NCBI RefSeq assembly: GCF_000014785.1
Contig: NC_008340.1
Coordinates: forward strand, 2,760,001 to 2,792,000
DNA: 32,000 nt
Direction of reading: 5' to 3'
Source of the DNA: Alkalilimnicola ehrlichii MLHE-1
GTDB lineage: Bacteria > Pseudomonadota > Gammaproteobacteria > Nitrococcales > Halorhodospiraceae
Shown here: in pieces, positions 19,018 through 27,601 of the stretch
How positions within the stretch are numbered: position 1 is the stretch's first letter
Layout: every line of letters starts with the position of its first letter
Position numbers and translations under genes: made by a program
Notes under the pieces: generated by a model
Told to the model about the DNA's origin: nothing
The model's input: only the letters and a program-made list of their open reading frames with translations
Database searches by the model: none

Positions 19018-19044
19018 TTAGAGTCCGCTTGCGGGGCCACCCCC

Positions 19045-19300
19045 CAGCGTCATCGCGAGCCCCCCGCCCCGCTGCGCGGGCCCGAATCAACGAGGAACGG
19101 GGCACCCCCGGTCATCGCGAGGGCCGAAGGCCCGTGGCGATCCAGGGCGGTAGACTGCCACGTCGCTGCGCTCCTCGCAGTGACGGTGGGGATGGGTCCG
19201 CTCCCGCAGTGACGGCGGGGGCAGGCCCGCTCCTCGCAGTGGCGGTGGAGACGAGCCCGCGCCCTGCAGTGACGGGGCGGCACCGCCTGCGCCGTGGCGC
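19045..19300. repeat. Array 2 of the same family: one full unit (about 19110-19185) followed by four ~30-bp half-unit repeats
   Basis: GTCATCGCGAGGGCCGAAGGCCCGTGGCGATCC...CTCCTCGCAGTGACGG. The half-units C(T)CC(T)CGCAGTG(A/G)CGG start at about 19171, 19201, 19230 and 19262. Confidence 0.85.
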
Positions 19301-19309
19301 CCGGGCGCG

Positions 19310-20176
19310 TTATTCGATGTTCTGGACCTGTTCCCGCATCTGTTCAATCAGCACCTTCATCTCAACCGCGGCGCGGGTGGTCTCGGTGTCGTTGGACTTG
19401 GAGGACAGGGTGTTGGCCTCGCGGTTGAATTCCTGCATCAGGAAGTCCAACCGGCGGCCGATGGGTTCGCGGCGCTTTAGGGCGTCTTCCAGTTCGGCGC
19501 AGTGGGCCTGGAGCCGCTCCAGTTCCTCGTCCACGTCCAGCTTCTGGGCGATAATGGCCAGCTCCTGCTCCAGGCGCCCCTCGTCCGCCTCCACATCGAG
19601 GCTCTCCAGGCGGGTGAGGAACTTCTCCCGCACCCGGTCGTTGACCTGTTCCCGTTGCGCCCTGACCTGGTCCACCAGCTCGCTGAGCCGGGCCGAGCGG
19701 TCGCGCAGGATGCGCGCCAGGCGCTCACCCTCGCGCTCGCGGGCGGCCTCGAAACCGTCCAGGCAGTGATCGAGCAGCGCCAATGCGGCGTTGGCCACCG
19801 GCTCCAGGTCGGGGTCGCTCTCCTGCAGCACCCCGGGGATACGCAGCAGGTCCAGGCCGGTGGCGGCCGGATCGGCCCCCACGCGCTGGCCCAGGGCGCG
19901 GGCGGCCTCGATCACCTGGTCGGCGTAAGCCTCGTCGATGAGCAACCGGCCGCGGTAGTCGGCGGCGGGTTTGAACCGCAGGGTGCACTCCACCTTGCCG
20001 CGGCCCAGGCGGGCCCCGATGCGTTCGCGCACGGCCGGCTCCAGGTGGCGCAGCTCCTCGGGAAGGCGCGGTTGCACATCCAGGTAGCGGTGGTTTACCG
20101 AGCGCAGCTCCCAGCTGATGCGGCCCCACTCGGCCTGGTGCTGCTGTCGGTCGAAGGCGGTCATGCTGCGGGTCAT
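19310..20176 (-). CDS. yicC: YicC-family stress-induced endoribonuclease
   Basis: MTRSMTAF (E. coli YicC begins MIRSMTAY), SVNHRYLD, and C-terminal LDFLMQEFNREANTLSSKS...MREQVQNIE. Confidence 0.9.
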   Translation of the reverse strand: MTRSMTAFDRQQHQAEWGRISWELRSVNHRYLDVQPRLPEELRHLEPAVRERIGARLGRGKVECTLRFKPAADYRGRLLIDEAYADQVIEAARALGQRVGADPAATGLDLLRIPGVLQESDPDLEPVANAALALLDHCLDGFEAAREREGERLARILRDRSARLSELVDQVRAQREQVNDRVREKFLTRLESLDVEADEGRLEQELAIIAQKLDVDEELERLQAHCAELEDALKRREPIGRRLDFLMQEFNREANTLSSKSNDTETTRAAVEMKVLIEQMREQVQNIE

Positions 20177-20239
20177 GGCGGGCACCGTCGTTGATTCGGA
20201 AAGCGGGCATTCTAACAGGCCGGCTGTTTGTCGTTGTAA

Positions 20240-20500
20240 CCGCCCGCTGCGCGGGCCCATCATCGCGAGGGCCGGAGGCCCGTGGCGATCCAGGCGGTAG
20301 ACTGCCGCGTCGGCTTCGCCTCCTCGCAGTGACGGTGGGGGCAACACCCCCGTCATCGCGAGGGCCGGAGGCCCGTGGCGATCCATAGCGGTGGACTGCC
20401 GCGTCGCTGCGCTCCTCGCAGTGACGGTGGGGGCGAGGTTCGTCCCGCGGTGACGGTGGGGCGGCGCCGCGCCTTGCGGTGGGGGTGGGTCCGCGTCGCG
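20240..20500. repeat. Array 3 of the same family: two full units (about 20259-20335 and 20352-20428) followed by degenerate half-units
   Basis: Same unit and orientation as arrays 1 and 2. It is preceded by CCGCTGCGCGGGCCC, as is array 2. Confidence 0.85.
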
Positions 20501-20582
20501 TCGTGGCTCCCGGCAAGCCCGGCGCCCGGTTCGCCTGTGTTAACCTTCCGCCCCATCGCAAACCCGCAACAGGGAGTCATTC

Positions 20583-21299
20583 ATGCGCCCCAGTGGTCGA
20601 AAGCCCGATGAGCTGCGCCCCGTGCGCCTGACCCGCCACTACACCCGCCACGCCGAAGGCTCGGTACTGGTGGAGTTCGGTGACACCCGGGTGCTTTGCA
20701 CCGCCAGCGTGGAGGAGCGGGTGCCGCCGTGGCTGCGCAATCAGGGGCGTGGCTGGGTGACCGCGGAATACGGCATGCTGCCCCGCTCCACCGGCACCCG
20801 TAACGACCGCGAGGCCGCCCGCGGCAAGCAGCAGGGCCGTACCATTGAGATTCAGCGCCTCATCGGACGGGCGTTGCGCGCGGCCGTGGACCTGGAGGCC
20901 CTGGGCGAGCGGCGTGTGGTGCTGGACTGCGATGTGCTGCAGGCGGACGGCGGCACCCGCACCGCGGCGATCACCGGGGCGTACGTGGCCCTGGTGGATG
21001 CCTGCAACCTGCTACGCAAGGAAGGCCGGATTCGCCGCAGCCCGATCTTCGGCCAGGTCGCGGCGGTCTCGGTGGGCATCTACCAGGGCACGCCGGTGCT
21101 GGACCTGGACTATGCAGAGGACTCCGAGGCGGAGACGGACATGAACGTGGTCATGAACGAGGCGGGCGGCTTCATCGAGCTGCAGGGCACGGCGGAGGGA
21201 CACGCCTTCCGCCGGGATGAGCTGAACGCCATGACGGAACTGGCCGAGCTCGGCGTGGCCCAATTGATCGAGACGCAGCGCCAGGCGCTCGAGGCCTAG
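20583..21299 (+). CDS. rph: Ribonuclease PH
   Basis: [13 protein letters not shown]...[17 protein letters not shown]...[13 protein letters not shown]...[14 protein letters not shown]. Confidence 0.95.
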   Translation: MRPSGRKPDELRPVRLTRHYTRHAEGSVLVEFGDTRVLCTASVEERVPPWLRNQGRGWVTAEYGMLPRSTGTRNDREAARGKQQGRTIEIQRLIGRALRAAVDLEALGERRVVLDCDVLQADGGTRTAAITGAYVALVDACNLLRKEGRIRRSPIFGQVAAVSVGIYQGTPVLDLDYAEDSEAETDMNVVMNEAGGFIELQGTAEGHAFRRDELNAMTELAELGVAQLIETQRQALEA

Positions 21300-21344
21300 G
21301 CCGCACGACGGCGCGTGCCCCCTTTAGCAACCCACCGTGATGCC

Positions 21345-21956
21345 ATGAAACGTATTGTTCTAGCCAGCGGCAACCCTGGGAAGGTCCGGGAGCTACAGGG
21401 GTTACTTAAGGAGACGGGGATCCAGGTCATCCCGCAGTCGGAGTACTGCGTGCCGGACGCCGAGGAGACCGGGCTGAGCTTCATCGAGAACGCCATCCTC
21501 AAGGCCCGTCACGCCTGCCGGCATACCGATCTGCCGGCGCTGGCCGACGACTCCGGGCTGGAGGTGGATTTCCTCGATGGCGAGCCCGGCATCTACTCGG
21601 CCCGCTATGCCGGCAGCCACGGCGATGACGTGGCCAACAACGATCGCCTGCTGGGCGAGCTGGACGGCGTCCCGGAGGCGGAGCGGACGGCCCGCTTCCG
21701 CTGCGTCATCGCCCTGCTGCGCCACGCCGAGGACCCCATGCCGCTGGTGGTCAGCGGCACTTGGGAGGGCCGCATCCTCACCCAGCCGCGGGGCGACGGC
21801 GGGTTTGGCTATGACCCGCTCTTTTTCGACCGGGAGCTGGGCCGCTCGGCAGCGGAGCTGGACGCCCGTACCAAGAACCGTCACTCCCACCGCGGGCGTG
21901 CGCTGCAAGCGCTGCTGGCCGCCCTCAGGGCGGAGCCCGCCCGGCTGTCAGGGTGA
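21345..21956 (+). CDS. rdgB: dITP/XTP pyrophosphatase (Ham1/RdgB family)
   Basis: MKRIVLASGNPGKVRE...ETGLSFIENA..KA...ALADDSGLEVD...FGYDP.F. ATG at 21345. Confidence 0.92.
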   Translation: MKRIVLASGNPGKVRELQGLLKETGIQVIPQSEYCVPDAEETGLSFIENAILKARHACRHTDLPALADDSGLEVDFLDGEPGIYSARYAGSHGDDVANNDRLLGELDGVPEAERTARFRCVIALLRHAEDPMPLVVSGTWEGRILTQPRGDGGFGYDPLFFDRELGRSAAELDARTKNRHSHRGRALQALLAALRAEPARLSG

Positions 21957-23149
21957 ACCCGCAGGCCGGCACCCCCCCGCCCCCGCTCGGGGTCTACCTG
22001 CACCTGCCCTGGTGCGTGCAGAAATGCCCCTATTGCGATTTCAACAGCCACGCCCCGGCCCGCGCGGACCGGCGCGCTGATGCCAGCACCCTGCCCGCCA
22101 TTCCCCACGAGCGCTACACCCGCGCCGTGCTGACGGACCTGGCCAGCGCCGCCGGGCCGCTCCAGGGCCGGCGCGTGGAGACGGTCTTCATTGGCGGCGG
22201 CACCCCCAGTCTGTTCCCGCCCGAGGCCATCGGCGGGTTGCTGGAGGCGCTGGACCGGCGCCTGGGTCTGACCGGCGATGCGGAGATCACCCTCGAGGCG
22301 AATCCGGGCACCGTGGAGCAGGGTCGGTTCCACGGCTACCGGGCGGCCGGGGTCAACCGGCTTTCCATCGGGGTGCAAAGTTTCGATGCCGGCGCGCTGC
22401 GCCGTCTGGGCCGCATTCATGGCCCGGAGGAGGCCCGCCGGGCGGTGCGGGCGGCACGACGGGCTGGCTTCCGGCGTATCAACCTGGACCTGATGTACGC
22501 CCTGCCCGGCCAGACCACGGCCCAGGCCCTGGCGGACGTGGAGGCCGCCCTGGCGCTGGCGCCGGAGCACATCTCCCACTACCAGCTCACCCTGGAGCCG
22601 GGCACGCCCTTCCACAGCCGCCCGCCGGCGGATCTGCCGGACGAGGCCCGGCTGCTGGCGCTGGAGGCGGCATGCCGTGAGCGTCTGGCCGCCGCCGGAC
22701 TGACCCGTTACGAGGTCTCGGCCTGGGCGCACCCGGGCGAGGCCTGCCGCCACAACCTCAATTACTGGCGCTTCGGCGATTACCTGGGCTTGGGCGCCGG
22801 GGCCCACGGCAAGCTGAGCGACCCGGCCCGGGACGAGATCCGCCGTGAGGCCCGGGTGCGCATGCCGGGCACCTATATGGCACAGGCGGGCACGCCGGCT
22901 GCGATCGCTGAACTCCGGCGGCTGCAAAACGGCGATATCGTGCTTGAATTCATGATGAACGCCCTGCGTCTGGCAGAGGGCTTTCACCGCGACGACTGGC
23001 GGCGACACACCGGCCGCCCGACCACCCTGTTTGAGGACCGGGTGGCCGAGGCGGTGACAGACGGCCTGCTGAGCGATGACGGGGGGCGCATCCGGCCCAC
23101 TCAACGGGGCTGGCAACTGCTGGACGGCCTGCTGCAACGGTTCTTGTGA
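21953..23149 (+). CDS. hemW: Radical SAM heme chaperone HemW (HemN-like, oxygen-independent coproporphyrinogen oxidase family)
   Basis: CxxxCxxC motif in LPWCVQKCPYCDFNS, plus FIGGGTPS. The GTG start overlaps the rdgB stop (GTGA). Confidence 0.9.
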   Translation: MNPQAGTPPPPLGVYLHLPWCVQKCPYCDFNSHAPARADRRADASTLPAIPHERYTRAVLTDLASAAGPLQGRRVETVFIGGGTPSLFPPEAIGGLLEALDRRLGLTGDAEITLEANPGTVEQGRFHGYRAAGVNRLSIGVQSFDAGALRRLGRIHGPEEARRAVRAARRAGFRRINLDLMYALPGQTTAQALADVEAALALAPEHISHYQLTLEPGTPFHSRPPADLPDEARLLALEAACRERLAAAGLTRYEVSAWAHPGEACRHNLNYWRFGDYLGLGAGAHGKLSDPARDEIRREARVRMPGTYMAQAGTPAAIAELRRLQNGDIVLEFMMNALRLAEGFHRDDWRRHTGRPTTLFEDRVAEAVTDGLLSDDGGRIRPTQRGWQLLDGLLQRFL

Positions 23150-23192
23150 CCCGCGCCAGCCCGCGCTGCCGGTCCCGCCGGCGGGAGGCGAC

Positions 23193-23390
23193 ATGACGGC
23201 CGAAACCCGGGAACAGTTCATCCAGTGCCCCTATTGCGGCAGTCATTACCACGCCGTGGTGGATCTGTCCGGCGGAGATCAAGTCTATATTGAGGATTGC
23301 GAAGTCTGCTGCCGCCCCATCGAGTTCCAGCTCCACCTGGACGCGGAAGGGCACTTCGCCGAGCTGGTATTGAGGCGAGACGATGACTGA
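23193..23390 (+). CDS. CPXCG-motif cysteine-rich small protein
   Basis: 65 aa: ...IQCPYCGSHY...EDCEVCCRPIEF. ATG at 23193. Confidence 0.75.
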   Translation: MTAETREQFIQCPYCGSHYHAVVDLSGGDQVYIEDCEVCCRPIEFQLHLDAEGHFAELVLRRDDD

Positions 23391-23634
23391 CCGCCCGGAT
23401 AACGACGACTACCGGCCCATCTCCTGCGAGCGGTACGCGGAGCTGGAACTGCACATCATGCACGCGCGCCGCCTGCGGGTGGCCTGGCGTACCCCGCAGG
23501 GCCAGCACATCGACACCCTGATCCCCGAAGACCTCCACACCCGGGACGGGGCGGAGTACCTGGTGGCCCGCAACCGGCTGGGCGAGGCCTTCATTATCCG
23601 CCTGGATCAACTGCAGCGGTTCCGGCCCTTGTGA
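23383..23634 (+). CDS. rof: Rho-binding antiterminator Rof (YaeO family)
   Basis: YRPISCERYAELELHI...EYLVARN...IRLDQL parallels E. coli Rof (YQPINCDDYDNLELAC...EYLVV...LRLDKI). Overlaps the upstream gene by 8 nt. Confidence 0.8.
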   Translation: MTDRPDNDDYRPISCERYAELELHIMHARRLRVAWRTPQGQHIDTLIPEDLHTRDGAEYLVARNRLGEAFIIRLDQLQRFRPL

Positions 23635-23701
23635 CTACCGGTTCACATTAATACTGCTACCCCAATTCACATACGTTTTAAATAAGCATAGGCTGCACGG
23701 G

Positions 23702-26110
23702 ATGAAAGCCCTGCCGATCATCCTGAGCGCCCTGCTGACGCTGCCCGCCACCCTCGGCTGGGCCGCCCCCGCGGGGGCCGACGGCACGGAATACCGCCTG
23801 GGGGCGTTGGGCTTTCGTGCACCGGAACAGACGCTCGCCCGCTGGCAGGCCACCGCCGATTACCTCACCGAGACCATTCCCGACGCCCGCTTCCGCGTCG
23901 CGCCGATGAACTACCCCCAACTGGAGGCCGCCATCGCCGACGGGACGGTGGACTTCGTGCTCACCAACACCGGTCACTATGTGCGCATGGAGGCCGAGCA
24001 CGGACTGACCCGCCTGGTCACCATGATCGCCGAGGCAGAGCAGCAGCCGGTGCGCGTCTTCGGCGGGGTCATCCTGACCCGCGCCGACCGGCACGACATC
24101 CAGACCCTCTCCGACCTGGCCGGCCGGCACGTCTACGCCGTCGGCGAGGGGTCGCTGGGGGGCTGGCACGTGGGCCGGGAGGCCCTGCTGGACGTCGGGG
24201 TCGACCCGGCCCGGGATCTCGCCCGGGTGACCTTCACCGGCATGCCCCACGACCAGGTGGTGGAGGCGGTGCTGGCCGGTGAGGGCGATGCGGGAATGGT
24301 GCGCACGGGGATACTCGAGAGCATGGCCCGGGAGGGCCGCCTGGACCTGGACGCGGTGCGGGTGCTCGAGCCACGCCGGACGGCGGGTTTCCCCCTCCAA
24401 CACTCCACCCACCTTTACCCGGAATGGCCCTTCTCCCGGCTCCCGCACACCCCGGACGCGATCGCGCAGGCCGTGACCATCGCCCTGTTGGAGATGCCGT
24501 CCGGGCATCCGGCCGCCCGGGACGGTGGTTATGTCGGCTGGTCGGCCCCCCTCTCCTACGGGGGCGTCCACGAGCTCTTTCAACGCCTGGGTGAACCGCC
24601 CTACGAGCACTGGGGCGGCCTGGACCTGCGCGTGGTCTGGGAGCAGCACCCGGCCATCGTCCTGGCCCTGATGCTGATCGTCACCGGCGGCATGGCCGGT
24701 GCCGTCATCAAATACCGCCGACTCAACCGCAGCCTGGCGGTGGAGGTGGACCAGCGCCGGATGGTCGAACGGCAGCTGCGCCAGCACCAGGCGCGGCTCA
24801 CCCACTTGGCTAATCACGACCCGCTCACCGATCTGCCCAACCGGCTGTTGCTCACCACCCGACTGGAGCAGGCGGTTGCCCGCGCCACCGGTAGCGGACA
24901 ACGGGTGGCGGTGCTGTTCCTGGACCTGGACCGCTTCAAGAACATCAACGACAGTCTGGGCCACGCGGTGGGCGACGACCTGCTGCGGATCCTTGCCGAA
25001 CGCCTGCGCAGCCAGGTGGAGGCCAACACCGTGGCCCGGCTAGGCGGGGATGAGTTCATCGTGCTGCTGGACGGCATCAGCGATCTCGAACTGGTGGACC
25101 AGCAGGCGCGGGAGCTGCTTGAGCTGGTGGCCGAGTCCTTCTCCGTCGGGGGCTGGCGATCGCTGCAGGTGGGCGGCAGCATCGGCATCAGCCTCTTTCC
25201 GGACAACGCGCAGGATGCCTCCGAGCTCATCACCCAGGCCGACGCCGCCATGTACCTGGCCAAGGCCGAAGGTCGCAACACCTACCGCTACTACAACCAA
25301 TCGCTCACCGCCGCCGCCAGCGAACGGCTGGAGACCGAGACCCGCTTGCGCCGCGCCCTGGAACTGGACCACCTGGAGGTCTTCTATCAGCCCCAGCTGG
25401 ACATCACCACCGGGGCACTCACCGGCGTGGAGGCACTGGTGCGCTGGCGCGACCCCGAGCAGGGCCTGATACCGCCGGACCGCTTCATCCCGGTGGCAGA
25501 GGAGACCGGGTTGATTGACCGGCTCGGCCAGCAGGTGCTCGAGCGCGCTTGCCTTCAGGTGGCGGCCTGGGACCGGGACGGCCTCCCGGCCCTGGATGTT
25601 GCGGTCAATCTCTCGGCCCACCAGATCGGCGATCCGCGCCTGTGCGCCAAGATCCGCCATGCCCTGGAGCGCAGCGGACTCGCTCCCCGGCGGCTGGTGC
25701 TGGAGATCACCGAAAGCACACTGATGACCCAGGCGGAGGGTGCGCTCGGCACGTTGGCCGGGCTGAAGGGCCTGGGGGTGCAAGTGGCCATTGACGACTT
25801 CGGCACCGGTTACTCCTCCCTGGCCTATCTCAAGCGCTTTGCCATCGACTGGCTGAAGGTGGACCGCTGCTTCGTACAGGACCTGCCGGAAGACCGCAAC
25901 GACGCCGAGCTGACTCAGACCATCGTCTACATGGCCCACAACCTCGGCCTGCGGGTGCTGGCTGAGGGGGTGGAGACCCAGGCGCAACTGGATTTTCTCA
26001 CCCACCTCGGCTGCGATGGCTGGCAGGGCTTTCTCTGCAGCCCGCCCCTGCCCCCGCAAGAACTGGTGGCGCGCCTGGAAAGCAGAGAGGGGCTGCGCCG
26101 CCGCGCGTGA
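23702..26110 (+). CDS. Periplasmic PhnD-like substrate-binding domain, TM helix, GGDEF and EAL signalling protein
   Basis: Signal peptide MKALPIILSALLTLPATLGWA and an approximately 300-aa PBP-like domain. TM helix AIVLALMLIVTGGMAGAVI. GGDEF (RLGGDEFIVLL) and EAL (EVFYQPQ, EITES, DDFGTGYSSL). Confidence 0.88.
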   Translation: MKALPIILSALLTLPATLGWAAPAGADGTEYRLGALGFRAPEQTLARWQATADYLTETIPDARFRVAPMNYPQLEAAIADGTVDFVLTNTGHYVRMEAEHGLTRLVTMIAEAEQQPVRVFGGVILTRADRHDIQTLSDLAGRHVYAVGEGSLGGWHVGREALLDVGVDPARDLARVTFTGMPHDQVVEAVLAGEGDAGMVRTGILESMAREGRLDLDAVRVLEPRRTAGFPLQHSTHLYPEWPFSRLPHTPDAIAQAVTIALLEMPSGHPAARDGGYVGWSAPLSYGGVHELFQRLGEPPYEHWGGLDLRVVWEQHPAIVLALMLIVTGGMAGAVIKYRRLNRSLAVEVDQRRMVERQLRQHQARLTHLANHDPLTDLPNRLLLTTRLEQAVARATGSGQRVAVLFLDLDRFKNINDSLGHAVGDDLLRILAERLRSQVEANTVARLGGDEFIVLLDGISDLELVDQQARELLELVAESFSVGGWRSLQVGGSIGISLFPDNAQDASELITQADAAMYLAKAEGRNTYRYYNQSLTAAASERLETETRLRRALELDHLEVFYQPQLDITTGALTGVEALVRWRDPEQGLIPPDRFIPVAEETGLIDRLGQQVLERACLQVAAWDRDGLPALDVAVNLSAHQIGDPRLCAKIRHALERSGLAPRRLVLEITESTLMTQAEGALGTLAGLKGLGVQVAIDDFGTGYSSLAYLKRFAIDWLKVDRCFVQDLPEDRNDAELTQTIVYMAHNLGLRVLAEGVETQAQLDFLTHLGCDGWQGFLCSPPLPPQELVARLESREGLRRRA

Positions 26111-26174
26111 ACGCCGCGACGGTGCCCGCCCCCCGGCGACCCTACCACCGGGGACCGGCTCGCCGTGCGGGCCG

Positions 26175-26210
26175 AATAAAAAACGCCGGCGCAGTGCGGC
26201 TGCGCCGGCG
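26175..26210 (-). terminator. Intrinsic terminator of the minus-strand M20-like/amidase/Rieske transcription unit
   Basis: 11-bp GC stem CGCCGGCGCAG (26184-26194) / CTGCGCCGGCG (26200-26210) with a 5-nt loop. On the minus strand it is followed by TTTTTTATT. Confidence 0.75.
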
Positions 26211-26272
26211 AAAAGGAGGTCTCCCCTCCTCCCGACCAGGACTTGATCCCGGATTGCCACCGCGGCAGACGG

Positions 26273-27586
26273 TTAGAGCTCCAGCGCCTCCCGCTCACGG
26301 GTAAGACTATCGATAATGCTGTAGATCAACGCCCGGCAGGGCTTGATCATGCCCTGGATGTTACACACCCCCATCCCGCCCAGCCCCTCGGCGAAGGCCT
26401 CCGGGACGGTCTCGTCACCGATCCAGGGATAGCCGATACGGACCAGCGGGATACCCAGGTTGTTGATGGCGGCCGCATCGGTCTGCCCGGCCAGCATCGG
26501 GGCACCGGGGTAGGGCCTGCCCTCCTGCGCCTCCCAGCCCCGGGTGGCCGAGCGCACCACCCAATGGTCCTCAGGGGTCCGCGAACCCGGCACCGAGGCG
26601 TACATCTCCCAATCGGCCTCGACCCCGGGGTTGCGGGCGAGGATATCGCGCATGGCGGCGTCGAACTCCGCCTGCACCTCGGCGGTGGTTTGGTGGGGGT
26701 TACAGCGCAGATCCAGGTAGATCTCCGTGGTGGCGCTGGGGAAGGCCGGCTTTTCCGGCCAACCGGAGCGGACCGCGGCGATCCACCCCTCAGGGGCAAT
26801 CTGACCGCGGGTATGGCGCTCGGTGTAACGGGGCAGCCAGTCCTCCAGGGCGAGGATCACCCGCGCCGCCGGCACGATGGAGCTGCGGAAACCGGGCGTG
26901 CCCCGCGGGATCCCGGAATACCCCAGCGTGCCCCGGACCGAGACCTTGAACCAGCACATGCCCGGATGGTCGTGGTAGATCTCCCACCAGGGCTTGAAGA
27001 TAATGCCGAAATCGGCGGTGACCCCACGCATCAGCATCTGGCTGACGCCGCTGCTCAGGCCAAAGTGGTTGCGTTCCGGCACGAGCTGAGGCATGCCACC
27101 GCCGGCGAAGGCGAGCACCGCCTCGCCCTTGAGAGGCACGCCGGCTTCGCGCACGGCATGCACCGCCTCCATGAGGGTGGTGACCATGCACTTGGGGTTG
27201 GAAGCCCCGAGGCCGATCACCAGATCGCCCTGGGTGTAGGCGTCGGTCTTCATGTCATCGCGCAGCTCCGGCCCCACCCAGGGCACGTCGCGCGACTCGT
27301 CCGCCTCCAGGTGGGTGTCCACCGGCGCGTAAAGCAGCATACGGGCACCCTCACCGGAGCCGGCCAACCGGCCGACGGCGTTGCCGCTCTGCTCACTGAT
27401 GGTCTGGTACTCGGCATCCAGTCCCATGGCCGACATCTGCTCCACCAGGTACCGGCTGGCCGCTGCCTCCGCCCCGGTGGGGCTGTGGATGCGGGTCAGT
27501 TCCAGGGTCCGCTGCTTCAGGCGTTCCTTGTCAATCCTGGCGCAGGCCGCCTCGTACCAGCGCTGTTGTTGCTCCGAGAATGCCAT
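26273..27586 (-). CDS. M20/ArgE/DapE-like peptidase-family protein, divergent (canonical metal-ligand motifs not evident)
   Basis: The domain order resembles M20 enzymes: N-terminal catalytic lobe, central lid region, and C-terminal ...GQTDAA...GIP...G. However APVDTHL, GLGASNPKC and AGGGM sit where GHxDVVP, GxGxxDxKG and DEEG are expected. Confidence 0.5.
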   Translation of the reverse strand: MAFSEQQQRWYEAACARIDKERLKQRTLELTRIHSPTGAEAAASRYLVEQMSAMGLDAEYQTISEQSGNAVGRLAGSGEGARMLLYAPVDTHLEADESRDVPWVGPELRDDMKTDAYTQGDLVIGLGASNPKCMVTTLMEAVHAVREAGVPLKGEAVLAFAGGGMPQLVPERNHFGLSSGVSQMLMRGVTADFGIIFKPWWEIYHDHPGMCWFKVSVRGTLGYSGIPRGTPGFRSSIVPAARVILALEDWLPRYTERHTRGQIAPEGWIAAVRSGWPEKPAFPSATTEIYLDLRCNPHQTTAEVQAEFDAAMRDILARNPGVEADWEMYASVPGSRTPEDHWVVRSATRGWEAQEGRPYPGAPMLAGQTDAAAINNLGIPLVRIGYPWIGDETVPEAFAEGLGGMGVCNIQGMIKPCRALIYSIIDSLTREREALEL

Positions 27587-27601
27587 CTTCCGCTCCTCTG
27601 C

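Noticed and set aside
23642-23672. Pho box upstream of the PhnD-like GGDEF-EAL gene
   Set aside because: TTCACATTAATACTGCTAC only loosely resembles CTGTCAT-N4-CTGTCAC. The two TTCACAT repeats are 24 nt apart rather than 11. Too weak to call.
21881-26260. Long minus-strand ORFs 21881..23221, 23678..24964 and 25040..26260
   Set aside because: Antisense to hemW and the GGDEF-EAL gene. Low-complexity products.
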